The notes under the pieces are model-generated. The model was not told the DNA's origin. It saw only the letters and a list, made by a program, of their open reading frames with translations, and searched no databases. The position numbers and the translations under genes were made by a program. A DNA stretch of 64,000 bases from Camelus dromedarius (lineage: Eukaryota): positions 42,534,001 to 42,598,000 of the forward strand of contig NC_087437.1 in assembly GCF_036321535.1 (NCBI RefSeq), in the 5' to 3' direction. Within the stretch, counting starts at the first letter, position 1. The number at the start of each line of letters is the position of its first letter. Positions 11,768 to 24,316 of this stretch are shown here, one piece after another.

Positions 11768-12265
11768 CTATTAGTATTTTTTTATTGCTTCTGTAACAAA
11801 TTTTTATTAATTTAGTGGCTTCAAACAATACAAACTTACTGTCTTACAATTCTGGAAGTCAGAACTGAGCTAAAAGCAAGGAGTCAGAAGGACTGCATTT
11901 TTTTCTGGAGGTCCAAGAATACCTGTTTTCTTGTCTTTTATAGCTTCTAGAGGCTACCTACATTGCTTAGTGTGTGCCTTATTCTATCTTCAAAGCCAGT
12001 GATAGCTGGAAGAGCCTTTCTTTCTTAGCATCACTCTGGCACTAACCTTTCTGTTTCCTGCTTTCACTTTTAAGGACTTTTGTGATTATATTAGGTTTGC
12101 CTAAATAATCCAGGAAAATCTCCCTATTTTAAGGTCAATTGATTAGTAACCTTAATTCCATCTGCAACTTTTAGTGTAACCTTGCTATGTAACATAACAT
12201 ATTCATCAGGTTCTGGGAATTAGGACTTGGTCATCTTTGAGGGTAATACCATTCTGCCTGTCTCG
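11768..12265 (-). mobile_element. MaLR solo LTR (MLT1C/D-like)
   Basis: TATTAGT...ATTGCTTCTGTAACAAAT...TTAGTGGCTT...CTTACAATTCTGGAAGTCAGAA through CATTCTGCCT is antisense MLT1. Confidence 0.82.
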
Positions 12266-14099
12266 GTGAGGAAGTATTTAAAAATCTGCCCCCTTTTCTT
12301 CTGTGTTCTGATTACTCTTAAAACTTTACAGGCTTCAAAATTAACATGCCATTTTTTTTTTCCTCAAATGACTTGAGGATTCAAGGCCCTGGGCTGGGAG
12401 CTATTGGTGGTCCAAAAGAGAGCATATGGGATTATACAGACTTTAAAGAATTTTTACACCCTTTTCAAGTGGATGAGACAGTCATATGCAGGCACCAGAG
12501 CAGAACAGGATTTGATAAATGCCAGAGACTGGTTCAGCTAGTTGGTGCCACGGGAGTTCAGAAGAGGGAACATCACTCTGAGTCCCATTGACCGAATGTT
12601 TCCCTTCCTGCCCTACAGTCACTCCTTCCAGTGGGGCATTCTAGTAAGGCTGCATGGGAACAAATTTCCTCTATTATTTTTGTTTATTACAGCAGGTATC
12701 CTCCAGCACAGGGGCAAGGCGGGGGGAGAAGGAAGGAAAGAATAAACGCCAAATATCTGTACAAAGTGGCCGAGGCAGCTGTAACTTATAGGATCCTCCC
12801 TTTATATTACATAATGCTGGAGAGATTTCTTCCCTTTCCTCCTAAAGCAGCCAATTCCTCCAGACTGATAACAAGAGAAATCTTTGAGCAAGAGTGCAGC
12901 TCCCTGGCATAGCAGCCATGCTAAACAAGGAGAGAGAATCTCTTCATAAAGAAACAGGAGGGAAAGGAGGATTTACAAGAAACCTATAAATGAGACCACT
13001 GGAAAGTAAACAGCAGCTATCAATAATTTCCTCCACAAGTATTTTGGGGTCTTTCCAGCTGCCTGCATGTTTGAGCATCTTTGGGACTTGATAGAGTTGG
13101 TGAGGAGATAATTGAAGAAGAGATGGTAAATGTCTTTGGAGATAACCTGTGTAACCACTTTACAATGGGGATTTTTAGGACTTGCCCCTGTTCCTCCTTT
13201 ATTTGTAGGACAAGGTACCCGGCAATGCCAGAAATGTGCTGAGATGACTGCTGAGCTTTGCTGATGGCGTGGCAGGAGTAAATGCATGTCTTGGCCCCAA
13301 ACCTGCCTTTCTTGGCCAATTTCCTGCAGCCATACCTTCTTCAGTGTAGCAGGAGGCAGGAAGGCCTTCTCTCTTCCTGATATGGCAGCTCCTTCCTTCA
13401 TCTACCCACAGGGGCATCCTCTGGAAGTGAAAGCGTGGAAGCATGTGAACATTTCAACTCTCCTAATAAACACCAAATGGATGTGTACATGTGGCTTTAC
13501 TTCAACATCAAACATGTTTCACGGTGTGTCATTTTAATATATGAAATGGAATAATTTCTGAAAAGGAATTCTTTTTCATCCAGAGTGCTTTAGTTTGAGA
13601 ATTTTTCATTCCTAGTAGATAAACCTGCTAAAGGATGGACAACAGCCTTGGAGACTTGACCTCCAGCAGTGCTGAGTCAGTGAGAATAAAGCAAGCCGAA
13701 GGGGTCTTCTCATAGGAGGCTCACTTCCCACTACGACCACTTAGCCTCATAAGGAACAGCAAAGGATGAAGGACTGCCCCCTGATTAATACCTGTGGTCC
13801 AGAGGGAGAGCCTCATTTGAAGTCTGCTGGGAAATGCAGAGTCAGCAACAGGTCAGGTTACTGTCTCCTTGGCTTCTGTTGAACCTTTCCTTACTTCTTC
13901 CGATGATAGTGCCCTGATGATGCTTGAAACCGAAACTGTATTTCCTTCATTATTCAGAATATAAACTGTATTTAGAAGTTGAGCATTACCTAAACTATGG
14001 CTATATAGGTGACGATTTCCTTTTCTACAGCTAGCATTACTGCCCATTATAGGACTATCAGTCAAAGACAAATTAACGTATGATGTGTTTTTGTCATAG

Positions 14100-14275
14100 A
14101 AAAGTACATCTGTCATCATAGACCTGCACTCCTCAGCTCTGCCTTTGTGTATGAAAGCAGCTGTGGACAATGTGTGAACAAGTGGTGTGGATCTGCTGCA
14201 GCATAACTTTTATTTACAAAAACAGATGGTGGGCTGAATTTGGCCCAAAGGCATACATAATTTACCTACCCCCTA
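14100..14275. mobile_element. MER58-like hAT fragment
   Basis: CTCAGCTCTGCC...GAAAGCAGC...TAACTTTTATTTACAAAAACAGATGGTGGGCTGAATTTGGCCC. Confidence 0.65.
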
Positions 14276-14479
14276 GATAGGCCATTCTTTTGTGGGACAG
14301 CCCTAGGCGTTAGAAAGTTCTACTTTGAGCCAAAATCTGCCTCTTTAAATTAGTCAAAACCCTTGATATCCTTAACCATGAGTTACTCAAAAAAAAATTT
14401 ATTGATTAGTCAAAACTGTCTTCTCTATTCAAATTATGCATGACAATAACTTTTCCAACCTGAATCGTTTTGTTCTAAG

Positions 14480-14920
14480 GACAAATTGATTGTTTCAGTC
14501 ATTCATCTATTTATCAATCACTGATTGAGCACTTGAATGGGTGCTGGGATATAGGAATTAAAAAAACAAAGAACAAAAACCTTTGTCCACTAGGAGTTAA
14601 CAGTCTTGTGGGAGAAGATGACAAGTAAACGGAAGAAAAAGCTGTGGTAGAGGTATTCCCTGGGGGCTGTGGGAGCACATGAGAGTAGCACCCACCCAGA
14701 TGGAGAGTAGGGGTGACGGGGAGGCTTCCCCAAGGAAGCTGCACTTGAGCTGAGTTGGTCAGGTAGAAATTAGTGTGTTCTGGGAACCATATGTGCAAAG
14801 ATATGAAAAGATACGAAACTGCAGCTCTGTATTTCAGGAACCACAAGTCATTTACTATGACTGGAGCTCATTGGACTGGAATGTGTGAATGTTTGGTTGG
14901 GGATAAACGTGGAGATGTAG
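14480..14920 (-). mobile_element. LINE-2 3' fragment
   Basis: CATTCATCTATTTATCAATCACTGATTGAGCAC...GTGCTGGGATATAG is the antisense L2 3' tail, followed by degraded L2 body. Confidence 0.6.
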
Positions 14921-15812
14921 GCAAGGAGGGAACCTTCCCTGTCATCTTAAAGTCAAAGGGCAGCAACCCAGGTAAATGTAATTCTGCTACTGTTGCCAAA
15001 AATGTTTTAGCAAAGAGTTTTCTGAGTTGATACAGAAAGTTCTATTTTATAAGCAAGACATCCTGACCTTAAACATCTAGCCTTTGGTTTGAAAATACTG
15101 TAATTTTGAGTAACTGTCATAGAACCTCACAATCATATTGAGCATATACATTTGCAGTGCCATTTGTTCAATTTTTAGTTTGCTTCTGGAATGTTGATAA
15201 CAGACATCTATTGTCCCTATTTAAAACAAATTGCAGGGAGTTGCCTGGAACTCCTCAGAAGACTCTGAATTAGGTGTTGCATTCTTGCAGGTTTTCTGGT
15301 TCCGTGCCCGGCCAACTGTGGTGGGGTGTATGCAACACAGACACACAAGTTTCCTAACATATTCTCTGACATCTCTGGAACGTCCTTATTACAGATTTTT
15401 ACTTTTGACTTTCCTCAGTGGTGCCTTGGATCTTTGTATCTGTTCCCTTTCTTGCCTAAGGAATGTTTTTCCTTCCACTTTACAGCTGCCCAGCTAAACT
15501 TGCATGAATCCTACAGTGCTCTGAATGACCCCTCAGCTCCCCTCTCTTCCTTGCGCCTTCTCTGACTTGCCTCTGGGCTCCCAAGGCTCCCTGTGCATGT
15601 ATAGTCAAAGAATTCAAGGCATTGCACCATTATTGTTTTACTTTTCCTTCTCAATCAGACTCTAAAAGCAGAGACCAAGTTTTATTTCATTTTGTGTTTC
15701 CACATGAAGCACTTAACTCAACACAATAATAGTTGCTGAACCAATGTTTGCTAAGTGAATAAATGAATGAATGAGTGAGTAAAGGATAGTCGCCGTATGT
15801 TCTTAGCCAGAG

Positions 15813-16110
15813 CCTTTTTTTTTATTGAAGTATAGTCAGTTTACAATGTTGTGTCAGTTTCTGGTGTGCAGCTTAATGTTTCAGTCATACATATACATAC
15901 GTATATTCCTTTTCATATTCTTCCTCATTAAAGGTTACAAGATATTGAATACAGTTCCCTGTGCTATACAGAAGAGATTTGTTTTTTTAATCTATTTTTA
16001 TAAATAGTAGTTAATATTTTCAAATCTCAAACTCCAAATTTATCCCTTCTCGCCCTCTTTCCTCCCGATGACCGTAAGTTTGTTTTCTATGTCTATGAGT
16101 CTGTCTCTCT
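15813..16110 (-). mobile_element. 5'-truncated LINE-1 3' end (cetartiodactyl/camelid type)
   Basis: Poly-T, then ATTGAAGTATAGTCAGTTTACAATGTTGTGTCAGTTTCTGGTGT...GAATACAGTTCCCTGTGCTATACAG. Confidence 0.88.
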
Positions 16111-18611
16111 AAAACTGCATTCTGTTGACACACATTTTCTCTCTGCCTTTGCTCTTTCCCCTGTCAAGTGTGTCCTTTAAGCTGTCTCCATTTGGAAATG
16201 ACCTACTCATTCCTCAAAATCCAACTCAAATAACATTTCCATTAAACCTGCCTGCTTGGGTCTCGATGTAGAATTTTATTTGTACCTGAATTCCACCACT
16301 GAATAAACAAATAGGACTTGTAATTTATCTCTTTATATTTTTCTCCCCACTAGAATATGCTCCTTGAGGGGAGGGACTGTCTATTTATCACTTTTGTATA
16401 TCCCACGCCTGTTACCCTCTCACACTGCCTAGTGCACAGTAGATGTAGAGAACATGTTTGCAGAGTAAATGAATGGATGAATGAATGAGTTCATTGGTTG
16501 TCTGGGATGAGTAGTGACTGATAAAAGAAGTGGGCGACATGAGGTTTTTTTCAAATACTGCTTGCCCAATTTACATGCAAATGAAGAGTAGAGTGTACAT
16601 TTCGTGTACATTTGTATAATGACCACAATTAGAATAACAAACAAGAGGCTGTTTATATATCCAACTGGAATTCCTGAGGCTTCCATATGCATCATAAAGC
16701 ACTGTGTGGAAATGCTTTAATGAGCTCCTAGATAAGCCTCATGTGGTAGAATTTACCCCAAGCTTTGCAGCCTCCAAGGGGAAACTCCCCACAGATCCCA
16801 AATGTCACCTTGTATAAAAGGCACCCAGGAGAAGTTGGAGTGTAATATATGTGATAGGGATAGGAGTGCAATTCCATAAAGTTAGGTCAGCTGAGGGGCA
16901 TGCTACTAGTTTCTTATGCTCGATAGATTTTCTTTGCCATAAAAGGCTAGGCAGTCTAGCTGGATCAAGAATGAGAAAAATAATCAGCACAGAGAGGAGA
17001 AACTAATGTTTCCTTTTAAATTTAGAAATTACTGGATTTTTATGTCCTCCTTGCATTTACCCAACGGTGGGATTTGAGTAACATTTGAAAAATGTAACAT
17101 AATCCATGTCTGTCTTTTTTCACTTTTCTTGTGTTGGTGCAGCTATAGTTTTCCAGATGGTTGCACATACAGCACAATAATACAGGTAGGTGCACACCGT
17201 GATGGCTCTGCTATAGGACATAATGGTTAATAGCCAGGCTAGAGCCCAGAGGCACTGGTTCCAAAACTTTTGCATTTGTTTCTTTGCATGTGAGTTTTGA
17301 TATCGTCACACTGCATTTCATGAATTGCTAGAAAAATAGAGAATTTTGGTTGTTATAGAGGTTCTTACCTATTTTATAGAAGTTCCTGTAATACAAAGGA
17401 AGACAGACTGAGCTGAAAAAAGTCCCTTCTAAGGAATAAAGGACATTCTATTGTAGAATGATGTTGTGGGGAAGTGGTGGGGTGGATATTTTCCCCAGGC
17501 TTATTGACATATAAACTACATATGGCCAGAAAGTCTTTGAAGAAGATCGTTTGAAAATGATTTGGGAAGAGCCTTGCTTTGTGCTATTTCTTACGATTAT
17601 AGTCCGGGACCCTGGCACAAGATATCAGAATTTAATAACCCAGCTAGTTTATGAAAAGCACTGAGTAGCAGTCTTTTGGCTTTAACCTTTTTAATTTTCT
17701 GGAAGCTAATTGTCCAGACCATCTCACCCTTCTAGGTTAATGAGATGGCTAACAGGCCACAATGGAAAACAACTGCCCAATCAAATTATGACAAACCAAC
17801 CAACCAAAAAAAAAAAAAAAAAAAAGAAAAAAGAGATCTGAAGTTACACATAGGCTTTTATTGACTTTCAGAGAATGTGCAGTGGCCTCACCATTCAGTT
17901 GTGTCCTTGTGATGAATTGCAAAAGGAACCAGAAAAGGCACAACATGAATCTGCTCTCAGGACAATGATTGTAATCAAAATAGGAAATGGTACCAATGTA
18001 AGCCATTCTCCTTGCAGTTTAAAGATTATAAATCCCTTATTCATCTGTTATGATCCAGGGCCTACTTGTGATTTTTATAGTTCTTTGCATGCTCAGAATT
18101 TTAAAACTCTAACGTAAAGGGGCTACAGCTGTTCTCTTTCTGATTTAGATGTTTAATCCCTGCTTGGAGCGTTGCACCCTGGTCTCCCCTCCCTCTGCCC
18201 ATCTGCAGCCTGAGCCTGTTGCTAATGCCTCACGCAGGAGAAGTTCAGCCCACCCGTCTCTTCCCCTCCCAGGGATTAAAATGCAGCACTGAATCCTCCA
18301 AGGGGCTCTAAAGAAATTTAGGAGCACTTGCCAAGAGTTTTGCTCTTTCTCAGAGAATTGAACAATTCTCAGGATTGTTATGCAGTTTGAAATGCAAGTG
18401 GGAGATGAAGTAGGTTTGGATCCAGAAGACTTGGATTTTTATCTTCAATGTGCTTTTGACCTTCCTTCTCCGAGACTGTTTTCTCATCTGGAAAATAACC
18501 GCACTACGTATAGTTGGGGTTGTGTTGAAGATCAAAGGAGCTGATGTGTATGAAGGTGCTTTGGGAACTAAGACCAGCTTTTACTTGAAAATTTAATATT
18601 TGTTAAAATGG

Positions 18612-19510
18612 TGTTCTGAGACCAATTCCAACATATGTGTGTGTGTGTGTTGGGGCAGGAGTTCCCCACACCAACAAACAATGTTTTCGACACCAGCTGG
18701 GTGTCCTACAGTTAACTAAATTCTGACATTGTCTGCTTGGAGATGGAATCAGATTCCACAGGTGAAGCATTCAGTACTATAAGACTACCCCCTACATCTT
18801 CAGATGCCAGTTGCAACCCAGGTTGTTACCTGCACTTCTGATCAGCCAGCTGTTGATTATCTAAAAATTAGAAGTTCCAATGATCCCCTCCTTGACAACT
18901 TAATTCAGACACTAGTCACAAATCCAGGTTGTTACCAGCTGACCAACTGGCTATAAATCAGAGTTTCCCGAGATCCCCTCCTTGGGATTGATTAATTTTC
19001 TGGAGTGACTCACAGAATTTACTAGGTTATCATTTTGTTATAAAAGGATATAACTCAGGAAGAACCTGATGGAAGAGACACTAGGGCAGGGCATGGGGAA
19101 AGGGTGAGGTGCTTCCATGCCCTCTGCAGGCTCACCACTCTCCCAAATCCCTATGTGTTCATCGACCCCAAAGCTCTGTGAACCCCATCCTTTTTGTTTT
19201 TTTAAGGATGCACCATTACACAGACATGATTGATTAAATCATTGGCCATTGGTGATTGATTCAACCTCCAGTCCCTTCCCCGTCCCTGAAAGTCAAGGGG
19301 TGGAATTGAAAGTTCCAACCCTTGAATCACATTTGCTACTTTGGCAACCAGCCCCATCCTTTGGTGCTTTCCATAAGTCACCTCATTAATATAAAAAAAG
19401 ACACCTTTATCACTCTCCACATTTAGGAAATTCCAAGGATTTTGGAAGCTGTAAGCCAGGAACTGTGGATGAAGACCAACTATATATTTCTTATGAATCA
19501 CAATATTGCA
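18612..19510 (-). mobile_element. Solo LTR, MER21-like
   Basis: TG..CA termini and TSD AATGG/AATGT. Internal GACACCAGCTGGGTGTCCTACA motif; right end TATATATTTCTTATGAATCACAATATTGCA. Confidence 0.8.
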
Positions 19511-19971
19511 AATGTAAAATGTTGTTAGAATTGATATTGACGGTGAGATGAAAAAGCCAAACGGGAGGTAATAGTCATAGGGATCTGTGACCTTGTAGAT
19601 TTCTTAAGTACACTGAATGCTTTGAGCTAAATTTTTCCTGTTTATAAAAGACTCTTAACAGTGAATTAAGTACCTTGCGAGATTCAATTCTTCTAGTGAA
19701 CTTGGGTGACCTTGGGTGTAAGAAAAATTATTTCCTTAGCTATGTCCTAGGGAACAACGTAGGTGGTGCACTCTCCAAGGTGCTTAGCTTATACCCTGGA
19801 AGAGTCTTGTTTGTTGGAGCTTTTGTTCTCACATACGTTTTTCATTATCTTTTTCAAACTGGAGTTCTTCAGGGATGATCAAGATAAATATTCACATCCC
19901 CCAAATATTTACAGATACAATATATATGAAGTTTTATGCTTATTATCTCAATGCTTCTCAGTTTGATATGC

Positions 19972-20598
19972 TTTCTTTTCTTTTTAATTGAAGTATAGTT
20001 GATTTTACAATGTGTTGATTTCTGGTGTATAGCATAGTGATCCAGTTATACATATATACATAATCTTTTTCATATTCTTTTTCATTATAGGTTATTACAA
20101 GATATTGAATATAGCTCCCTGTGCTATGCAGTAGAACCTTGTTGTTTATCTGTTTTATATATAGTATCGTGTATCTGCTAATCCCAAAGTCCTAATTTAT
20201 CCCCCCTCCACCCAGATTTCCCCTTTGGTAACTGTAAGTTTGTTTTATATGTCTGCCTTTCTGTTTTGTAAGTAAGTTCATTTGTGTCTTTTTTTAGATT
20301 CCATATGTGTGGATATCATATGATATTTGTCTTTGTCTGACTTAACTTCATTTAGTATGATAATCTCTAGGTCCATCCATGTTGCTGCAAATAGCAATAT
20401 TTCATTTGTTTTTATGGCTGAGTAGTATTCCATTGTATAAATATACCACAGCTTCTTTGTACAATCATCTGTTGATGGACATTTAGGTTGCTTCCATGTC
20501 TTAAATATTGTAAATAGTGCTGCAATGAACAGTGGGTGCAGGTGTCTTTTCAGACTGGAGTTTTCTCTGGATATATGCCCAGGAGTGGGATTGTTGGG
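19972..20598 (-). mobile_element. 5'-truncated LINE-1 (ORF2 C-terminus + 3'UTR)
   Basis: ORF 20278-20628 has [20 protein letters not shown]...[30 protein letters not shown], the L1 ORF2 C-terminus. Confidence 0.93.
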
Positions 20599-23214
20599 GA
20601 AATGCTTTCTATTCATCACTATAGTCATGTTTTGAAAAAGAGATTAAGGCTTGCCTGTAATTACAGATTTATCAAAAGCATCCTTTTCCTATTCTTTGAT
20701 TAGCCCATTTCCACTGGAGTGATCATTCTTTCAACTTTATTATAATTTTTGTCTACTGTGGCACTTTCTCATGGCATATACCTTGCTGGCAAGTAATTCA
20801 AGTTTTTGACCATGGTGTGATATCACAATCCTTGTTTTCTGGTCACACATTGCTTCTTCCCTTACAATTGGGCCTTCATGCAACCCCAAGTGGTCTTTCT
20901 GTTACTGCAGAACTTCTCATTTCCCGTGGTCACTGCTGGCCATGCACTGCCCAACTGTGGGCGTCTCTGAGTTCGCTTTCCTGACATTTCCATATTTGGA
21001 GAGCACATTTTGTCTTGTGGCTGTTGTGGTTTTGCATTTTCTAACTTCATTCATTTCTGATTTCTTTTATTTCTAATTTCTGTGGAGGGAAAAATAGTTT
21101 TAAACCTCTCTTTTACCAGGGGGTCTCGTGATTTTAAAGAATCTTCACACATTAAAATTCCATTTTTATGTAATATCATTTTAATAGAAATGCACATTTT
21201 ATGGAGAGAAAATGACTGATAAAAATGTGAATGATTCTTAGGAGCCTCTTACACCCTTTTTATTGCATTTTGATGTGGCTTAATTCATTAATAAAGGGGG
21301 ATGAGTTAGAACTGTGGCATGTTTTATCTCCTATCATTATTCAACAAAAGAGAATATTTTTTCAGTGAAAATTTTAGAACAAATTTCCAGTTTTCCTTTT
21401 CTGAAAAATACATTTTTAAAAACTGAATGACCTTGGACTCAATACAAAATTGGAATTTTACAGCCACTCTTTCAATTCATTTGCTCCCAGAGTAGTACGA
21501 GGGAAGTAAGATCTATTATTATTATTTCTATTTCCATTTTGAAGATTAGGTGAGTGACATTCAGAAAAACAATGTGGGTTGTCCTTGGTCACAGCACAGC
21601 AACTTCATCTCTAGGAAAGAGGCTGAAAACCAGTTGTGCTGAATTCTAAACTCAGTTGCTAAATATCCCTCTTCTCTTTACTTCTCTTTTATAATCCCTA
21701 TTTTTCTTCTTTATATAAATATTTTTGGAAAATTCACCTATCCTAGACACTTTAAAGGGCTTTTGACTGGCTGCCCTGATTTTATAAGGTGATCTCTTAC
21801 CCAACCGCATCATTAAATTAGGGATAAAAATGATCTCCCTTTCCTTTAAAAGTCCACAATGTAATTGGGAAAAATAATATGTATACAATTCATTTTTACA
21901 CAATATGACTAGAGTTATGCTAGTGGTGTGAAAAAAGTGTGGTGTGAATGAGAGAGAAAAGTGTGATAGTCTGCCTGGGATTGGAGACAGGAGAAGTGAA
22001 TGGATGAAGATTTAGAAAAATAAGTGACATTTTGAACTGAGGCTGTGAAAGCCAAGTAGCGAAGAAGGGAAAGGGCATGGGAAGAGTGAGAGCAAGGTAA
22101 CGAAGGCAGGAGATGATCGTGGTGTGGTACCCATCATCTCTGGGATATGGGGTGGCCCAGGGTAGGACTGCTCAAGAGATGGGGCAGGAAATTAGGCAGG
22201 ACTGGATCTTGAAGTCTCCATGTATTCTAAGTGGCCTGGCCTATTGTAGAAATGGGGAGCTATGGATGGTGTGAGAAGAGGAGCGGTGACCAATACTTGT
22301 GGGATTCTGAAAGGTGGCTCTGGGTCTAATGTGGAAGAGGTATGGAACCAAGGGAGTGGGGTGGACAAATTTGCGATTTTGAGCTAAAATAGGAAAAAAA
22401 AAAAAAGATGCCTAATTGGAAAGTAGAAGGGGAAGTCATGTTTCTATTTTACAAAAATCTGGAATTCTGGTAAAACACAAACACATTTAGTTTAAAATTG
22501 TGTTTATGTGGAACACAGCTCATTAAATACCTCAAATAATTGGTTTTTCTGTGCTAAACATTTATGAGAAAGGCAAATGACAAGGAAACAAGCTGAAAGC
22601 AATTTTATCTTCAAGGAAGCAATGCCTACTTTTTGTTCTGGGACCACTTCATATCAGTTCAGTTTCTTACATCTTCTATATCAGATCCCTGCCCTCTCTG
22701 GCCTCTGACCACCCACTTTCTTGTCCTACATTCACACGCATGTGCGGCAGCGGCCCCTCCTCCTCTCCTGCCACTGTGCAGATGCACCATTACTTACACC
22801 TGGGCTACAGCATTGCCACAGATGCCTTAGGCTGAGTCCTGTGCTGGTCTGCTGCCCCTCTGGCTATATAGATTGACTCTTTCAGGGCAGGGACTGTTTT
22901 TCACTCTTCTCAATGAGGGAGGACACTGAGATTTAAAGAGTCATTATGTGTCACACACTGTCTGAGCAATTAAAATACATGATCAATTTAAGGCTCTGAA
23001 TAACTATATGAGGACTATTATCATTGTTTCACAAATCAGGAGACTGAGACCCAGATCTCATGAGAAAGCCAGTGCTTTTAATATTATTTCACACGACTGT
23101 CCTAATGTCTACTCTACATCGTGGCATATAGACAGATGCTCTCAGTAGATGTTTGTTTGTTTATTTTTAAAATTTTCTTTTTCTGAGCATTTTTTAAAAA
23201 CAACTTCACATTTT

Positions 23215-23338
23215 TATTTATTTTTTTGATGGGGAGGTCATTAGGTTTATTTATTTTTTAATGGAGGTATTGCAGATTGAACCCAGGACCTCGTGCTTGC
23301 TAAGCACACACTCTACCACTGACCTACACCCTCTCCCC
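23215..23338 (-). mobile_element. tRNA-derived SINE (camelid vic-1-like)
   Basis: Antisense GGGG..GGGTGTAGGTCAGTGGTAGAG (A box) and GGTTCAATC (B box), with the tail AATAAATAAACCTAATGACCTCCCC. Confidence 0.85.
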
Positions 23339-23344
23339 TAATAT

Positions 23345-23702
23345 AAAATTTGTTATTGAGACATTTTATGCTCTTTTTTAATACTGAGTCTTTGAAATCA
23401 GGTGTGTATTTTACACTTATAGAATCTTTCAATTTGGATGCTAAATTTTATTTGGAAATACTAGATCAGTATTTAGATTTCATAAAATTTACAGTTAAAA
23501 AGTAGATTTTCATCCCAAATTGTTGCAAATATGTTTCCAAGTTTTCCAATAACTGAATTGTGTCCATTTTTAAATTGAACTTTTAAAAGTGAAGTCAAAA
23601 ATTTTAAATTTTAAACTAAAATTAGTTATTTAGTTGCACTGGGCACATATCAGGGGTTGATAGTCCTCCGTGACCAGCAGCTACTGACTGTATTGGATAC
23701 AG
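23345..23702. mobile_element. hAT-Charlie fossil (MER33-like)
   Basis: TCTTTGAAATCAGGTGTGTATTTTACACTTATAG...TAGTTGCACT...GTATTGGATACAG. Confidence 0.7.
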
Positions 23703-23819
23703 AGGAGGAGCTCCTGGGGTCATTTTTGGGCAATCTCAGGTATGTATAATGCTAATGTTACCTGGGACCCACCAGGTCTTAAAAATAGAAGTATAAGAAG
23801 AAAACACAGAGAGGCAGTG

Positions 23820-24316
23820 CAAACACACTTCAGAGATATTGTGAGTTTAATTCCAGACCATCACAATAAAGTGAATATTGCAATAACGTGACTCACACAA
23901 AGTTTTGGTTTCCCAGTGCTTATAAAAGTTATGCTTACACTGTACTGTACTCTGTTAAGTGTGCAATAGTGTAGCATTATCTCTAAAAAAGTACATACAT
24001 TAATTAAAAAATACTTTATTGCTGAAAAATGCAAACTGTCATCTGAGCCTTCAGCGAGTGTTACTCTTTTTGCAATAGTAATATCAAAGACCACTCACCA
24101 GAGGCCATCGTAAAAAAAATCACAATAATGAAAAAGTTTGAAATATTTCAGGAATTACCAAAATGTGACACAGAGACACCAAGTGACACCAGATGCTGTT
24201 GGGAAAATGGCGCTGATAGATTTGCTCTACATAAGATGGTCACAAACCTTCAATTTGTAAAAAACGCAGTATCTGCAAAGTACAGTAAGCGAAGTACAAT
24301 CAAACGAGGTGGCCTG
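23820..24316 (-). mobile_element. Internally deleted Tigger1 (TcMar) derivative
   Basis: Both degenerate TIR ends are present (C...CTTCAGAGATATTG..., ...AACGAGGTGGCCTG+TA) about 500 bp apart, with no transposase. Confidence 0.85.

Noticed and set aside
23215..23338. tRNA gene (also 47225-47346)
   Set aside because: A/B boxes are present but followed by a SINE tail; these are tRNA-derived SINEs.
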